From: an uncultured Sphingopyxis sp.
Lineage (GTDB): Bacteria > Pseudomonadota > Alphaproteobacteria > Sphingomonadales > Sphingomonadaceae
Direction: 5' to 3'
Length of the DNA stretch: 64,000 bases
Assembly: GCA_937873425.1 (NCBI GenBank)
Contig: CALMYE010000303.1
Location: 50,928-114,927 of the forward strand
In this document: positions 1-9,107 of the stretch, one piece after another
How positions within the stretch are numbered: position 1 is the first letter of the stretch
How the letters are laid out: every line of letters begins with the position of its first letter
Made by a program: the position numbers and the translations under genes
Notes under the pieces: generated by a model
What the model was told of the DNA's origin: nothing
What the model saw: the letters and a program-made list of their open reading frames with translations, nothing else
Databases searched by the model: none

Positions 1-2
1 GC

Positions 3-1550
3 CTGTTCGATGATGTGCGCTTCAGTCTCGACGCTACCTTCGTGGATCGGGCCATGGACGGGAGCTACAACACGAATAACATCCTTAGCGTCTCCCATAC
101 GACCGATCGCTCGCTTTCGATCAGCCCGTCTCTGACCATCCCCGTCGATGACAACTGGTCGCTTTCGGTCGCGAGCACCTATGCGAGAAGTCGGAATCGG
201 CGCCAAACCGCGTCGTCATCGAACGGCACCGTATTCCTCCGCGAAGACTTTTGTTACTGCCATTCGCTCCACGCCGTTGAAGCCTATCTGGAAGGCTCAG
301 CGCTGTCGTTGCCCGCAGGGGATGTGCGGGCGGTGCTGGGCGCCGGCTACCGGAAAAATCGCTATCGCGTTCACGGGAGATCGTCGGCGAACGGAGATCA
401 ATTCGTCACAACTGGAGGGGATCAGAGCGATACCTACGCATTCGGCGAAATCCAGATCCCGGTCATTTCAGGGCTGAACGAAACGGCATTCGCAAAGGCA
501 CTGACGATCTCGGTAGCCGGCCGCTACGACCGGTACAATTATAGCGGTAGCGTCACAACGCCGAAGATCGGCCTGATTTACAGCCCAAATAATGCCGTCG
601 ACCTGAAATTCTCCTGGGGGCGTTCGTTCAAAGCTCCCACCCTCGCGTCCATTTATCAGACGCAATATGCGTACCTCCTTCCGCTGACATATTTTGGGAG
701 GAGCGACGCTGCACCAGATGAATCAGCCCTCTATCTTGATGGCGGTTCCACATCATTGCGGCCGGAGCGAGCCACAACCTGGACTGCGACGGTCGCCTTT
801 CACCCCAAGTCGTTGCCGGGGCTTAACGCGGACCTGTCCTACTTCCGGGTGAAATATATCGACCGTGTTCGCACTCCAATCGGGTTTTACCCCGAAGCAC
901 TCAGTCCGAATTATGCGAACTATGTCACACTGAATCCCAGCGAAGTGGCGCTCCAGGCAGCCATCAATGGCGCGTCCGGCGGCTTCCTCAATTATACCGC
1001 CGGGGCCTACGACCCGGCGTCGGTCCTGTACCTCATCGACAACAGAAATATGAATGTCGCGGCGCAAAAAATCGAGGGCGTGGATGTCAATTTGTCCTAT
1101 CGCCTGGATCTGCACGACGGCGCGCTGGTCACAGCGTTGAATGGCAGTTGGCTTCGCAGCCGCCAGAAGAACGGATCAGCTTTCCCCTATTTTGACCTTG
1201 CCGGAACGATCTGGAACCCACCCCATTTTCGATCGCGCGCCAGTGTCGGTTGGGAAGGGAATTCCGCCGAAGCATTCGTCTATTTCAACTATATTGGAGG
1301 CGTCGAAGATCGTCGTGCGGCGCTCCCGATTGACGGGCGATCAATGTTTACCGTCGATCTTTCGCTCAGCTATCGAACGTCCACTTCCGGCGGCTTTCCG
1401 AACGGTTTCCGTATCGGTCTCAGCGTCGAGAATCTGTTCGACAAGCGGCCCCCCTATTTGGCGCCGGCACCCTTCACGGAACCCTATGACTCGACCAATT
1501 ATTCCCCAATGGGGCGCTTTGTCGCGTTGTCGCTATCGCAGTCTTTCTAA
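3..1550 (+). CDS. TonB-dependent outer-membrane receptor, C-terminal part (5' end outside window), lasso-cluster associated
   Basis: Frame open from window start; beta-barrel motifs (GRYDRY, WGRSFKAPTL, VENLFDKRPP); terminal Phe; stop overlaps isopeptidase ATG (TAATG). Confidence 0.92.
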   Translation: MFDDVRFSLDATFVDRAMDGSYNTNNILSVSHTTDRSLSISPSLTIPVDDNWSLSVASTYARSRNRRQTASSSNGTVFLREDFCYCHSLHAVEAYLEGSALSLPAGDVRAVLGAGYRKNRYRVHGRSSANGDQFVTTGGDQSDTYAFGEIQIPVISGLNETAFAKALTISVAGRYDRYNYSGSVTTPKIGLIYSPNNAVDLKFSWGRSFKAPTLASIYQTQYAYLLPLTYFGRSDAAPDESALYLDGGSTSLRPERATTWTATVAFHPKSLPGLNADLSYFRVKYIDRVRTPIGFYPEALSPNYANYVTLNPSEVALQAAINGASGGFLNYTAGAYDPASVLYLIDNRNMNVAAQKIEGVDVNLSYRLDLHDGALVTALNGSWLRSRQKNGSAFPYFDLAGTIWNPPHFRSRASVGWEGNSAEAFVYFNYIGGVEDRRAALPIDGRSMFTVDLSLSYRTSTSGGFPNGFRIGLSVENLFDKRPPYLAPAPFTEPYDSTNYSPMGRFVALSLSQSF

Positions 1551-3676
1551 TGGCCCTCGTCATGGAATGCATCGCGCGGCGATCGGCGAACCGCGCGTTC
1601 ACGTTAATTTTCCTTACTACCGCAGCGCTGCCGGGTGCGGCTTTCTCACAAGCTGCGCCGCTGCCACCGACGGCGCCCGCTCTGCAAGTTGTGGCTACGA
1701 ATGCGACCGGCGTCGACTTGCAATCAGCGAGGGACACAAGCCCGTCATGTCCGACGATAGTTCCTCCGGTCGCATCGCAATCGATAGCACGAAGTGTGGA
1801 GGCGGATGATATCATTCGCCTCCGCGATTTCGGAAAGATGGATGCGTCTGAGGCAGACCCGGGCGGCTTTGCTGTGTCGCCCGACGGAAGATATCTGGCA
1901 ATCCAGCTTCGACAGGCGGACCCCGTCTCCAACAGCTACTGCCAAGCCCTGCTGATTTATGATCTCGGCAATGTTCGAACTGCGCCGCGCATTGTCGACA
2001 TGGGCGGCGACTACGTGCGCCGGACGATTACGCTCTACGGTCTCGAGGGCTTCCCCACCGGCACTCCGGAACCTTTGACGCCGAAATGGTCAAAAGATGG
2101 CAAGTGGCTGGCCTTCCTGAAACGAGAAGAAGGAATCACGCGACTTTTCGTGACCGCGCTGTCCGAAGGTGGCACGAGAAGTATCTCTGACGGGCGTTTC
2201 GACGTCGCCGACTTCGCCTGGTCAGATGACGCATCGCAGTTGCGCTATCGACAACGGGAAAATCACGCCGCTGCCATAGAACGACTGCAAACCGAGGGGC
2301 GAAGCGGTTTCCAATTCGACGAGCGATTTTGGCCGCTTGCCGAGCTCACGCCATATCCACGCGAGACACCTGCGGAAGTCGAACGTTTTGTCATGATCGG
2401 AGAGGCCGATACGTTCGGTGGGTCCGGCAGTGCATCACAGCAGGATAGAATGGCGGAGGAGGCAGGCCGCGCTCCGACGCGCAAAGGCGCCGCTGTTGCG
2501 ATCATCGACCATCGACAACTCGCGGCGAGGGTCGGCGACAAAAATATAGTTTGCCAATTTAAGGAATGCGCCCGCGTCGCAGCGGCATGGACGGTTCCGG
2601 GAGCCGACGAAATTGTCTTCATGCGCCGAGAAGGGTTCGCCGCAGCGCGAACCGGCATTTATCGATGGGCTCTGGGTGAGAACAAGCTGACGAATATCCT
2701 CACAACAGACGACGCGATCCGCGGATGTGATTTTCAACTCCTTTTGGTTTGCGCCCGAGAAGCTTCTCTTCAACCCCGCGACATCGTTGAAATCGATCTG
2801 AGGTCGGGAAAAATCCATCAACTTATCGAGCTCAACCCCGAATGGATCGCGCGCAGGCTCGGAACAGTGACCCGCCTGCGTTGGACCAACAAATATGGAA
2901 TCGAAACGTTTGGCGATCTCGTGCTTCCACCGGACGCTCGGCACGATGAGCGTTTGCCACTTGTTGTCGTGCAGTACAGCAGTCGCGGCTTTCTCAGAGG
3001 CGGAACTGGCGACGAATATCCGATTCAGGCTATCGCGGCGAAAGGCTTTGCCGTCCTGAGTTTTGACCGTCCGCTCGACTACCGGACCGCGATGTCTCGC
3101 GCCGGCCGATCGGTATCCCGACGGCACATCGCGAACGCGTGGACCGATCGTGCGAGCGTTCACGATTCTCTTATGCGCGGAATCAAGCTGGCGGCTGACA
3201 CGCACCCGATCGATGCCGACCATATCGCGATCACGGGACTCAGCGATGGCGCGTCCACCGCGACATATGCGCTAATCCATGCCGATATATTCTCGCTGGC
3301 GCTCATTAGCTCATGCTGTGAAGACCCGAGCATTTTGGAGACCGGTGTTGGGGAAGCCTATGCGAGCATTTTGCGCACGAATGAATATCCACTGCCTTGG
3401 GAACAGCACAAATCGAGTTGGAAGCGCGTCAGTCTCGCGATGAACGCAAGCCGCGTGTGCGCGAAGATTATAATTCAGAGCGCGGATCGGGAAGCGCGCC
3501 TGGCCACTGCCTCCCTTCGGGCGCTGCGGCAATTCGGCCGTGATGTGACAATGTTCATTTTCCCCGATGAGTATCATGTGAAATGGCAGCCGGTTCATCG
3601 TCAGGCCGTTTTCAGACGAACGCTCATGGAACTCGACGACTGGCGGCGATTGCCTAAGGCGCGGTGTTCAAGGTGA
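1550..3676 (+). CDS. Lasso peptide isopeptidase (AtxE2-like S9 serine hydrolase)
   Basis: Signal peptide, TolB-like propeller (SPDGRYLA, WSKDGKWLAF), nucleophile GLSDG, C-terminal FPDEYH; adjacent to lasso B/C genes. Confidence 0.9.
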   Translation: MALVMECIARRSANRAFTLIFLTTAALPGAAFSQAAPLPPTAPALQVVATNATGVDLQSARDTSPSCPTIVPPVASQSIARSVEADDIIRLRDFGKMDASEADPGGFAVSPDGRYLAIQLRQADPVSNSYCQALLIYDLGNVRTAPRIVDMGGDYVRRTITLYGLEGFPTGTPEPLTPKWSKDGKWLAFLKREEGITRLFVTALSEGGTRSISDGRFDVADFAWSDDASQLRYRQRENHAAAIERLQTEGRSGFQFDERFWPLAELTPYPRETPAEVERFVMIGEADTFGGSGSASQQDRMAEEAGRAPTRKGAAVAIIDHRQLAARVGDKNIVCQFKECARVAAAWTVPGADEIVFMRREGFAAARTGIYRWALGENKLTNILTTDDAIRGCDFQLLLVCAREASLQPRDIVEIDLRSGKIHQLIELNPEWIARRLGTVTRLRWTNKYGIETFGDLVLPPDARHDERLPLVVVQYSSRGFLRGGTGDEYPIQAIAAKGFAVLSFDRPLDYRTAMSRAGRSVSRRHIANAWTDRASVHDSLMRGIKLAADTHPIDADHIAITGLSDGASTATYALIHADIFSLALISSCCEDPSILETGVGEAYASILRTNEYPLPWEQHKSSWKRVSLAMNASRVCAKIIIQSADREARLATASLRALRQFGRDVTMFIFPDEYHVKWQPVHRQAVFRRTLMELDDWRRLPKARCSR

Positions 3677-5432
3677 CTTGCGGCGATGCTCTGCACCAAG
3701 CCTCGACGTCGCACAGGCGGAGAATTCGTCCCATATCATTCACGCCAAATGTCAGGTCGTCCTTCAGCTGCTGTTCGATCATGCTGCGATCAAGAATACC
3801 CGCGCCGCTGAGTAGTCCGTCCATCAGCATTTCGCGAATGAGAACTCGTCGCTCGCGCAGCATCTGCAATTGAAACTGGCCGAGGCCTCCTTTTGAGATC
3901 CGCCATGCGACTTTGGCGGGAAGATCCCGCTCCATGGCTCGGCGGGCTATGTAACGACTTCGCCCCCGGCCGACCCAAAGCCAAGTCGGTATGCGTAGGC
4001 AAGTCTCGACAAGGGGCTGCGACAATAGGGGAAATATCCCCTTCATCAAATCGGAGCGCCGATAACCATTCATGTTATAGCAGCTGTTGTATAGTCCATG
4101 AACATGTTCAACCTTTCCGGGAAGCGGTCGGTTTTTTGGCGGAGGCCACGGCAGCCCAGGTGGCGATTCATTGGATGGAAGATCTTTGGAAAGAAATGCA
4201 TCATTCGCGCGCCAGTTGGCGTGGTGCTTGCCTTTCCATCCCTTCCTGATCGCCTTCCAGCCGAGATCCCACGCGTTGCACTGATTTGCACGCGCCACCT
4301 CAAAGACGGTTCGTGCAAAATTTGGACTCGGACCTTTCGCTCGAAGGGTGTCCGCCGCGGGTCCGGAACTCTGCAGATGGCAGAATACGGCGTCGCCGCC
4401 CTGACCGTTGACAAATGTGTCGATCGACCGGTCCGTTGCCATTTCGAGGGAGATGCGATCGGTTTCTTGAACAAAGGACCGCGAGTGGGGTCGGGGCAAG
4501 TGCGGCCGCGCCGAATGAAGAAGATCTGGTCTTCGATGATCAGGCGCACCCTCGTCCAGGGAGATATGTAAGTGGCTGGCTACGCTTCTTGCAAAATTCC
4601 TCTCGTCCCCATCGTTTCCTTCGCTGAACATCGTGATCGCGTGAATTTCACGCCCAGCAGTGGCGGACCCCGCCGCGATTATCGACGAATCCAAGCCCCC
4701 TGAAAGATCGAGGGCGTAAAACCGTCCGCGCGGCATCTGCGCTCCGATGCAGCGAAGAATTTCCCGGCGAACAAGTTCCATGGCTTCATCTGGATCGGTG
4801 ATCAGGACGTCGGGATTGGTGAACTTCCAAGGGTCCCAGTGAAAACTGGCCTCAAGCGCCCGTGGGGCTTCAAACTTGATCGATTCTCCACACCTGATCT
4901 CGGAAACTCCGGAGAGGCATGTGGATGACATGCTGAGATTATCCCAAATCAGATGTCTGGCGACTGATTCCCAGTTTATCGACGGCGGGCGCCTTGCCAT
5001 TTCCAGCAATAGCCTTGTGTCCGAGGCAACAACGAGGACTCCGCCCTCGACTATGTAATAGGCATTGATGCTACAGAATGGGGATCGTTCGCAGGTGATC
5101 ACGCCGTTGGGCAAACTGGCCAGGACGATATAGGAACCCCAATATTCATTGTTCAAATGGCCGCCTCGATACGCCGCCGTGACACGCGCCCCTTCGTCGA
5201 TGTTCTTTCCAAATGCGCGCGACGGGACATGCCGGCAGAAGACGTCGCCAACGACGACGCCAGTGCCATCGGTGAGGTGGTTGATTTCCAACCCGCTGTC
5301 GGAATAGACAACAAGGCGTTCGTCACGATGGGTCACGCTCAGCCCCGACTGATGAGCTATTTCATCCAAATGTAGGTCGAGGGCGCATGGGACCTGGGTC
5401 GGCGAGCTGACGGCTAAGAATCTGCCGATCAT
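3654..5432 (-). CDS. Lasso peptide cyclase (asparagine synthetase-like C protein)
   Basis: DLSGGLDSS PP-loop and GQGGDAVF motifs; ATGA overlap with B gene. Confidence 0.93.
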   Translation of the reverse strand: MIGRFLAVSSPTQVPCALDLHLDEIAHQSGLSVTHRDERLVVYSDSGLEINHLTDGTGVVVGDVFCRHVPSRAFGKNIDEGARVTAAYRGGHLNNEYWGSYIVLASLPNGVITCERSPFCSINAYYIVEGGVLVVASDTRLLLEMARRPPSINWESVARHLIWDNLSMSSTCLSGVSEIRCGESIKFEAPRALEASFHWDPWKFTNPDVLITDPDEAMELVRREILRCIGAQMPRGRFYALDLSGGLDSSIIAAGSATAGREIHAITMFSEGNDGDERNFARSVASHLHISLDEGAPDHRRPDLLHSARPHLPRPHSRSFVQETDRISLEMATDRSIDTFVNGQGGDAVFCHLQSSGPAADTLRAKGPSPNFARTVFEVARANQCNAWDLGWKAIRKGWKGKHHANWRANDAFLSKDLPSNESPPGLPWPPPKNRPLPGKVEHVHGLYNSCYNMNGYRRSDLMKGIFPLLSQPLVETCLRIPTWLWVGRGRSRYIARRAMERDLPAKVAWRISKGGLGQFQLQMLRERRVLIREMLMDGLLSGAGILDRSMIEQQLKDDLTFGVNDMGRILRLCDVEAWCRASPQVTLNTAP

Positions 5433-6076
5433 CGCACTGCTCTGATAGGTTCGAAGGGGCCGACCATTTCGATCGTATCGTTGAGGATGAGGTCATCATC
5501 CTGAAGCCAGCAATGGGCTTCGAATGGATGAAGCCGAACACCGAAAACCAGTGTGCTCTCATACCCGTTTTGGGCCAAAAGATGCTGAAGGCCGATTGAA
5601 CGGAGCAGGCAGCGATCCCTCCTGATCGCAAACCGTTCTACATATTCGAATGCTGATATCAGACCGCTGCGGTTTGACGCCGGAGGGCCTTCTGTCTGGG
5701 CGATCATGTTATTGCGTTGCACCCACCACAGCAATTCATCGAATCCGCGCAGTGCAATGGTGAATCGTGCGCTGGCGAGAGATCTGAATGCCGATGCAAT
5801 TTGCCGGCCGGATGGCGAACGCATATCGAATTCCGCGGAATGTTCACGAGCTGGGCGAGTAATTGCGCAGCAGGAACTACGGGCTCCTTCCGCATTGGAG
5901 TTCAACCAGTGGCGATCCTCAATCAGGCGCCGAAGGCTCGGTTGCAGTGAATCAACGTCTCCTCTTCCGAGGGCAGACGCAGCCTCCTTTTCCAAGCGTG
6001 AATATCGATTTGCGAGGACATCCAGAAAGACGACCTGACCATCGATTTCGCAGCTCGAAACCCACGAAGGAAGCAT
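5429..6076 (-). CDS. Lasso peptide B protein (fused RRE + transglutaminase-like leader peptidase)
   Basis: N-terminal VFLDVLANRY RRE-like segment; C-terminal CLLRS...FEAHCWLQDDDLILND catalytic motif. Start moved to ATG 6076 because the upstream in-frame codons form a terminator. Confidence 0.9.
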   Translation of the reverse strand: MLPSWVSSCEIDGQVVFLDVLANRYSRLEKEAASALGRGDVDSLQPSLRRLIEDRHWLNSNAEGARSSCCAITRPAREHSAEFDMRSPSGRQIASAFRSLASARFTIALRGFDELLWWVQRNNMIAQTEGPPASNRSGLISAFEYVERFAIRRDRCLLRSIGLQHLLAQNGYESTLVFGVRLHPFEAHCWLQDDDLILNDTIEMVGPFEPIRAVR

Positions 6077-6093
6077 GAGTGACGCCTTAGCGG

Positions 6094-6130
6094 AAAAAGC
6101 CGGCCGGGAATTTATCCATTCCCGGCCGGC
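6094..6130 (-). terminator. Intrinsic terminator/attenuator between lasso precursor and B gene
   Basis: Perfect 13-bp stem GCCGGCCGGGAAT/ATTCCCGGCCGGC, 6-nt loop, followed by T5 on the minus strand. Confidence 0.85.
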
Positions 6131-6136
6131 CATTGA

Positions 6137-6274
6137 TCAGTCGACGACGATGCCGAGCGGCTGGCGCGGCTGCACACCGTCCGGCGCGATGTTTTCGTTC
6201 GACCCGTGGGTCTCTTCGGTGACGGTGCCGAGGTCGATCAGTTCAGCGTCGCGATAGTTCGGTTCCTTGTCCAT
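6137..6274 (-). CDS. Lasso peptide precursor A (45 aa): MDKEPNYRDAELIDLGTVTEETH-GSNENIAPDGVQPRQPLGIVVD
   Basis: Hand-translated; RBS AAGGAG; leader motif LIDLGxVxxET with Thr at -2; core begins Gly, Asp at position 9; directly upstream of B. Confidence 0.93.
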   Translation of the reverse strand: MDKEPNYRDAELIDLGTVTEETHGSNENIAPDGVQPRQPLGIVVD

Positions 6275-6329
6275 GATAGTCTCCTTTCCCGCCGCACAAA
6301 TGCGACACCGAAAGAATCCCAGTTTCAGA

Positions 6330-6372
6330 GGATATATCCAAACATATATGTTCTGAATCTGAAGCTATATAT
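6330..6372. promoter_or_regulatory. Candidate operator array upstream of the precursor
   Basis: Palindromes GGATATATCC (6330-6339) and AACATATATGTT (6341-6352) plus a third ATATAT (6367-6372). Confidence 0.5.
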
Positions 6373-6412
6373 GGAAGGGGCGAACCCCGGTATCGGCATT
6401 CTTGAGGCCGCC

Positions 6413-7015
6413 CTAGGTAAGTCCACTCATGATTTCAGGAAGATTACGGATACGGCGTCGATGATATGCGACTACCGATCGCCTGATTGACTGCCTGTTT
6501 CCGCGTTCAATCTTCCCGAGCAAAGCATCGAATTCGCGGCGCAAACCGCTCAATTTACGCTCTTCGGCGCGCCGGATCCGACGCATTCGATCGTTGAGAT
6601 TCCGGACCAAATGCATGAAAAAGACGTTCTGGGTCACCTGGGAGATCGAGTCGAAGAGTAGTTCAATCGGCGGCGGCGCGCCGAGCTCGTCCTGTTGATT
6701 AAAGTCATGGGAAACAAGGAGACTGCTCCGGCACGAGGCGGCTGTGAGCATTACATATTGGCTCAGAATATAGAGGTGGCGAGCCGCATTCTCGTCGAGC
6801 GACGGTATTTCAAATCCGCCAGTTACCGGCATGTCGAGTAAAGCTTCGCCGACGAGCCGCAACATCGCCTCGCGGACCGGAGTCGCGCTCATTCCATATC
6901 GATCAGCTAGTTGTCCGATATTGATTCGCCCAGACGCGATACGACCTTCAATGAGATCGAGTTTAAGGCTGGTGTAGGCTCTTTGGCTAAGCCCGTGATC
7001 TGCGCTCATCTTCAT
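6413..7015 (-). CDS. GntR-family transcriptional regulator
   Basis: wHTH LADRYGMSATPVREAMLRLVGEALL with FCD-like helical C-terminus. Confidence 0.85.
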   Translation of the reverse strand: MKMSADHGLSQRAYTSLKLDLIEGRIASGRINIGQLADRYGMSATPVREAMLRLVGEALLDMPVTGGFEIPSLDENAARHLYILSQYVMLTAASCRSSLLVSHDFNQQDELGAPPPIELLFDSISQVTQNVFFMHLVRNLNDRMRRIRRAEERKLSGLRREFDALLGKIERGNRQSIRRSVVAYHRRRIRNLPEIMSGLT

Positions 7016-7166
7016 ACACTCCGAGTTCGAGCGCCCGTGCGCCAGTCGCGGACATGACCGATGCTTAGTGGAGTCTCGGACTGAGCATTGTGGTCAATCC
7101 CGGCGTGGAATGGTCGCCACAGAGCCCCTCCACGGTTCGCGCGTCGGCGACGATGCGACGAATCAG

Positions 7167-7661
7167 TCAGGAACGCGGGGCGGGTGTGATCGTCTTCGCG
7201 CGCGAAGATGCGGCGCGATGTCGCTGATGAGTCCAAGCATATTCCTGGAGCCCGTCACGTGTCCTGCGGTGATGTCGCCGTGTCCCAATGGCGAGGATTG
7301 CGACCATTGGATAGGCGATCTTACCTACGATCCACCAATAGGCGACGGGCAAGATCTCGGGATTGTATGCCGTGACGCCGTGTGCCGCGACCGCAACCAA
7401 CTGAAAGGCTGCCAGCCAGATCGGCCAGAATCTGTCTGCCGCCCCGGCGATTGCCGAAAGCGCCAGCAGGAGCCCGAAATCGATAAGTAACATTTCCCAT
7501 TCGACGTCGCGATAGGATGGATTGCTTAGTCCGGCCCAAAAAGTTCCCATCGTGGCGATGACCATGCAGATCGACGCAGTCCTTTCCGGGGCTCCGCCTC
7601 GCCACTGCGCATAGGCAGAGACGAGGAAGAGCAGGATCATGAATGCCACAATGACGATCAC
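7167..7661 (-). CDS. Hypothetical polytopic membrane protein
   Basis: About 4-5 hydrophobic segments; motifs WRGGAPER and ADRFWPIWLAAFQ; GTG start with RBS. Confidence 0.7.
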   Translation of the reverse strand: MIVIVAFMILLFLVSAYAQWRGGAPERTASICMVIATMGTFWAGLSNPSYRDVEWEMLLIDFGLLLALSAIAGAADRFWPIWLAAFQLVAVAAHGVTAYNPEILPVAYWWIVGKIAYPMVAILAIGTRRHHRRTRDGLQEYAWTHQRHRAASSRAKTITPAPRS

Positions 7662-7679
7662 GAGCAGCGGCCCCCTTGG

Positions 7680-8005
7680 TCAGGCGGCCAATTCAAGGGG
7701 CGTCGCGCCGCGCGCGCTTGGGCGCTTGACGACATCCCCGAAAGCTTCAGGATCAATGCCCAGCTTTTGTGCCAGCACTTCAAGCTGTCGATGACCTTCG
7801 GCCATGTAACCGAGCGCTCCGGTAACCGAGAGCTGCGCGTTGGTCAGGGCCGACAATATCTGATGTCCGACCAGCGGCGAAAGATTTTGGTGCGTCTGCG
7901 CGTCGATTGCCGCAGTGGCGAGCCGCCCGCCTTCCGCGAAAATCTGCTGCAGCAGTTTTTCGTAGCCGAACAGCGATTCGGTCAGATGCTTGATGCGCTC
8001 TTCAT
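7680..8005 (-). CDS. Small helical hypothetical protein, start uncertain (possible 1-nt frameshift after ATG 8005)
   Basis: Amphipathic helical frame ERIKHLTESLFGYEKLL...LAQKLGIDPEAFG; the RBS-preceded ATG at 8005 is one base out of frame. Confidence 0.55.
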
Positions 8006-8016
8006 CGTCGGACCTT

Positions 8017-8520
8017 CTATCCGAGAAGCCGGGAGAGGACGTCGAGTCCGACGGCGAGCATGCCGAAGCCGACTGCAAGCGCGATCGCAAGGAAGACGAG
8101 CCAGAAGTAACGGAGGTACGGGTCGAGGTCATTTGCAGATACTCCCATGGTTCGTAGAGGAAGCAACCTGACCCAGGAGGTGGGCGGTGGTTCCGCCTTC
8201 TCCGGTGGCTCATCGGCCTGGCCGGTGCCTACCCCCGTATTCTCCAACTGCATTTTGCGGGGGGTCATCGCGGCGTCTTCGAAGGCGTGGAAAAGTTCCG
8301 CTGCGTGCCGGCGATTGCGGGCGCGCAAAATGGCGACAGCCTCGCTGATGTAAGTGTCGACGGTGCCGACGCCCAGACCCAATTCGAGGGCGATTTCCTT
8401 GGAGGTCTTGAGCCGATAGACATGGCGGAGGCACTCGCGTTGGCGCGGGGCCAAGCGTTCGCAGAGAGCGATGCTCGGCTCTTTTACATCACTAGCAGAC
8501 AAGTGCGCGCTGCTTGCCAT
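8017..8520 (-). CDS. LuxR-type HTH regulator with C-terminal transmembrane helix
   Basis: LAPRQRECLRHV...SKEIALELGLGVGTVDTYISEAVAILRARNR HTH; hydrophobic tail YFWLVFLAIALAVGFGMLAVGL. Confidence 0.8.
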   Translation of the reverse strand: MASSAHLSASDVKEPSIALCERLAPRQRECLRHVYRLKTSKEIALELGLGVGTVDTYISEAVAILRARNRRHAAELFHAFEDAAMTPRKMQLENTGVGTGQADEPPEKAEPPPTSWVRLLPLRTMGVSANDLDPYLRYFWLVFLAIALAVGFGMLAVGLDVLSRLLG

Positions 8521-9107
8521 CAATGGACGGCAAGTCCCTTACGCTATCTAAAACAGCACCTCTTTTTCTCGACCCGAGCATTGCTTTCCGACGGATTCTG
8601 CAAGCGGCTCCCCGTGCATTCCGTCAACAGAGCCGGTTCCCGACTCTCTCTGAATTTCAACTTAACACGGGAGTAGGCGGACCGGAATTTTCAGGCAACC
8701 CTTGGCAACGATTTGCTTTTCTTCACCGAGTATCTCGTATGGGTGCTCTGCGATAAGGTCCGGTTAGTGAAAATCATGGCTGCGGATACGGAGGATTTCA
8801 TCTTGTTCGGGGGTCGTCCGAACGGCCGTGACGCCGATGTGCGCCCGCGCGGCGCCCATGTCGGATCGCGCGGATCGGGGCCGCCGCCATTCTTCGCCCC
8901 GTCACCGCGGCCCGGCGCGACCGTGAAATCCATCCGTGCGATCGACCGCAGCATTTCGTCGTGATCATTGATGCGGTCGCAGATGATATGCATCGCCGGC
9001 GGCAGGCGGTCGGCGGATTGCCGCTCGTGCTGCCGCGCAGGGACAGTCCGCGCCGATGAGGCAGCCCTCCGATGCGGTTACCTCGCATCCGAATCCTGCG
9101 CCGGAAA

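Noticed and set aside
6077-6133. Extended N-terminus of the lasso B protein
   Set aside because: The sequence is the terminator hairpin; the downstream ATG fits better.
7016-7166. Possible second lasso precursor between gntR and the membrane gene
   Set aside because: No small ORF with a leader Thr(-2)/Gly1/acidic 7-9 pattern or an RBS in the frames I read.
8691-8993. 100-aa ORF MHIICDRIND...
   Set aside because: No RBS, no recognisable family, low-complexity second half; may be a remnant but is unsupported.
9053-9066. 14-bp identity CCGATGAGGCAGCC with 36620-36633 as a possible att or regulator site
   Set aside because: Chance 14-mer repeats are expected in 64 kb of GC-rich DNA; no integrase or tRNA context.
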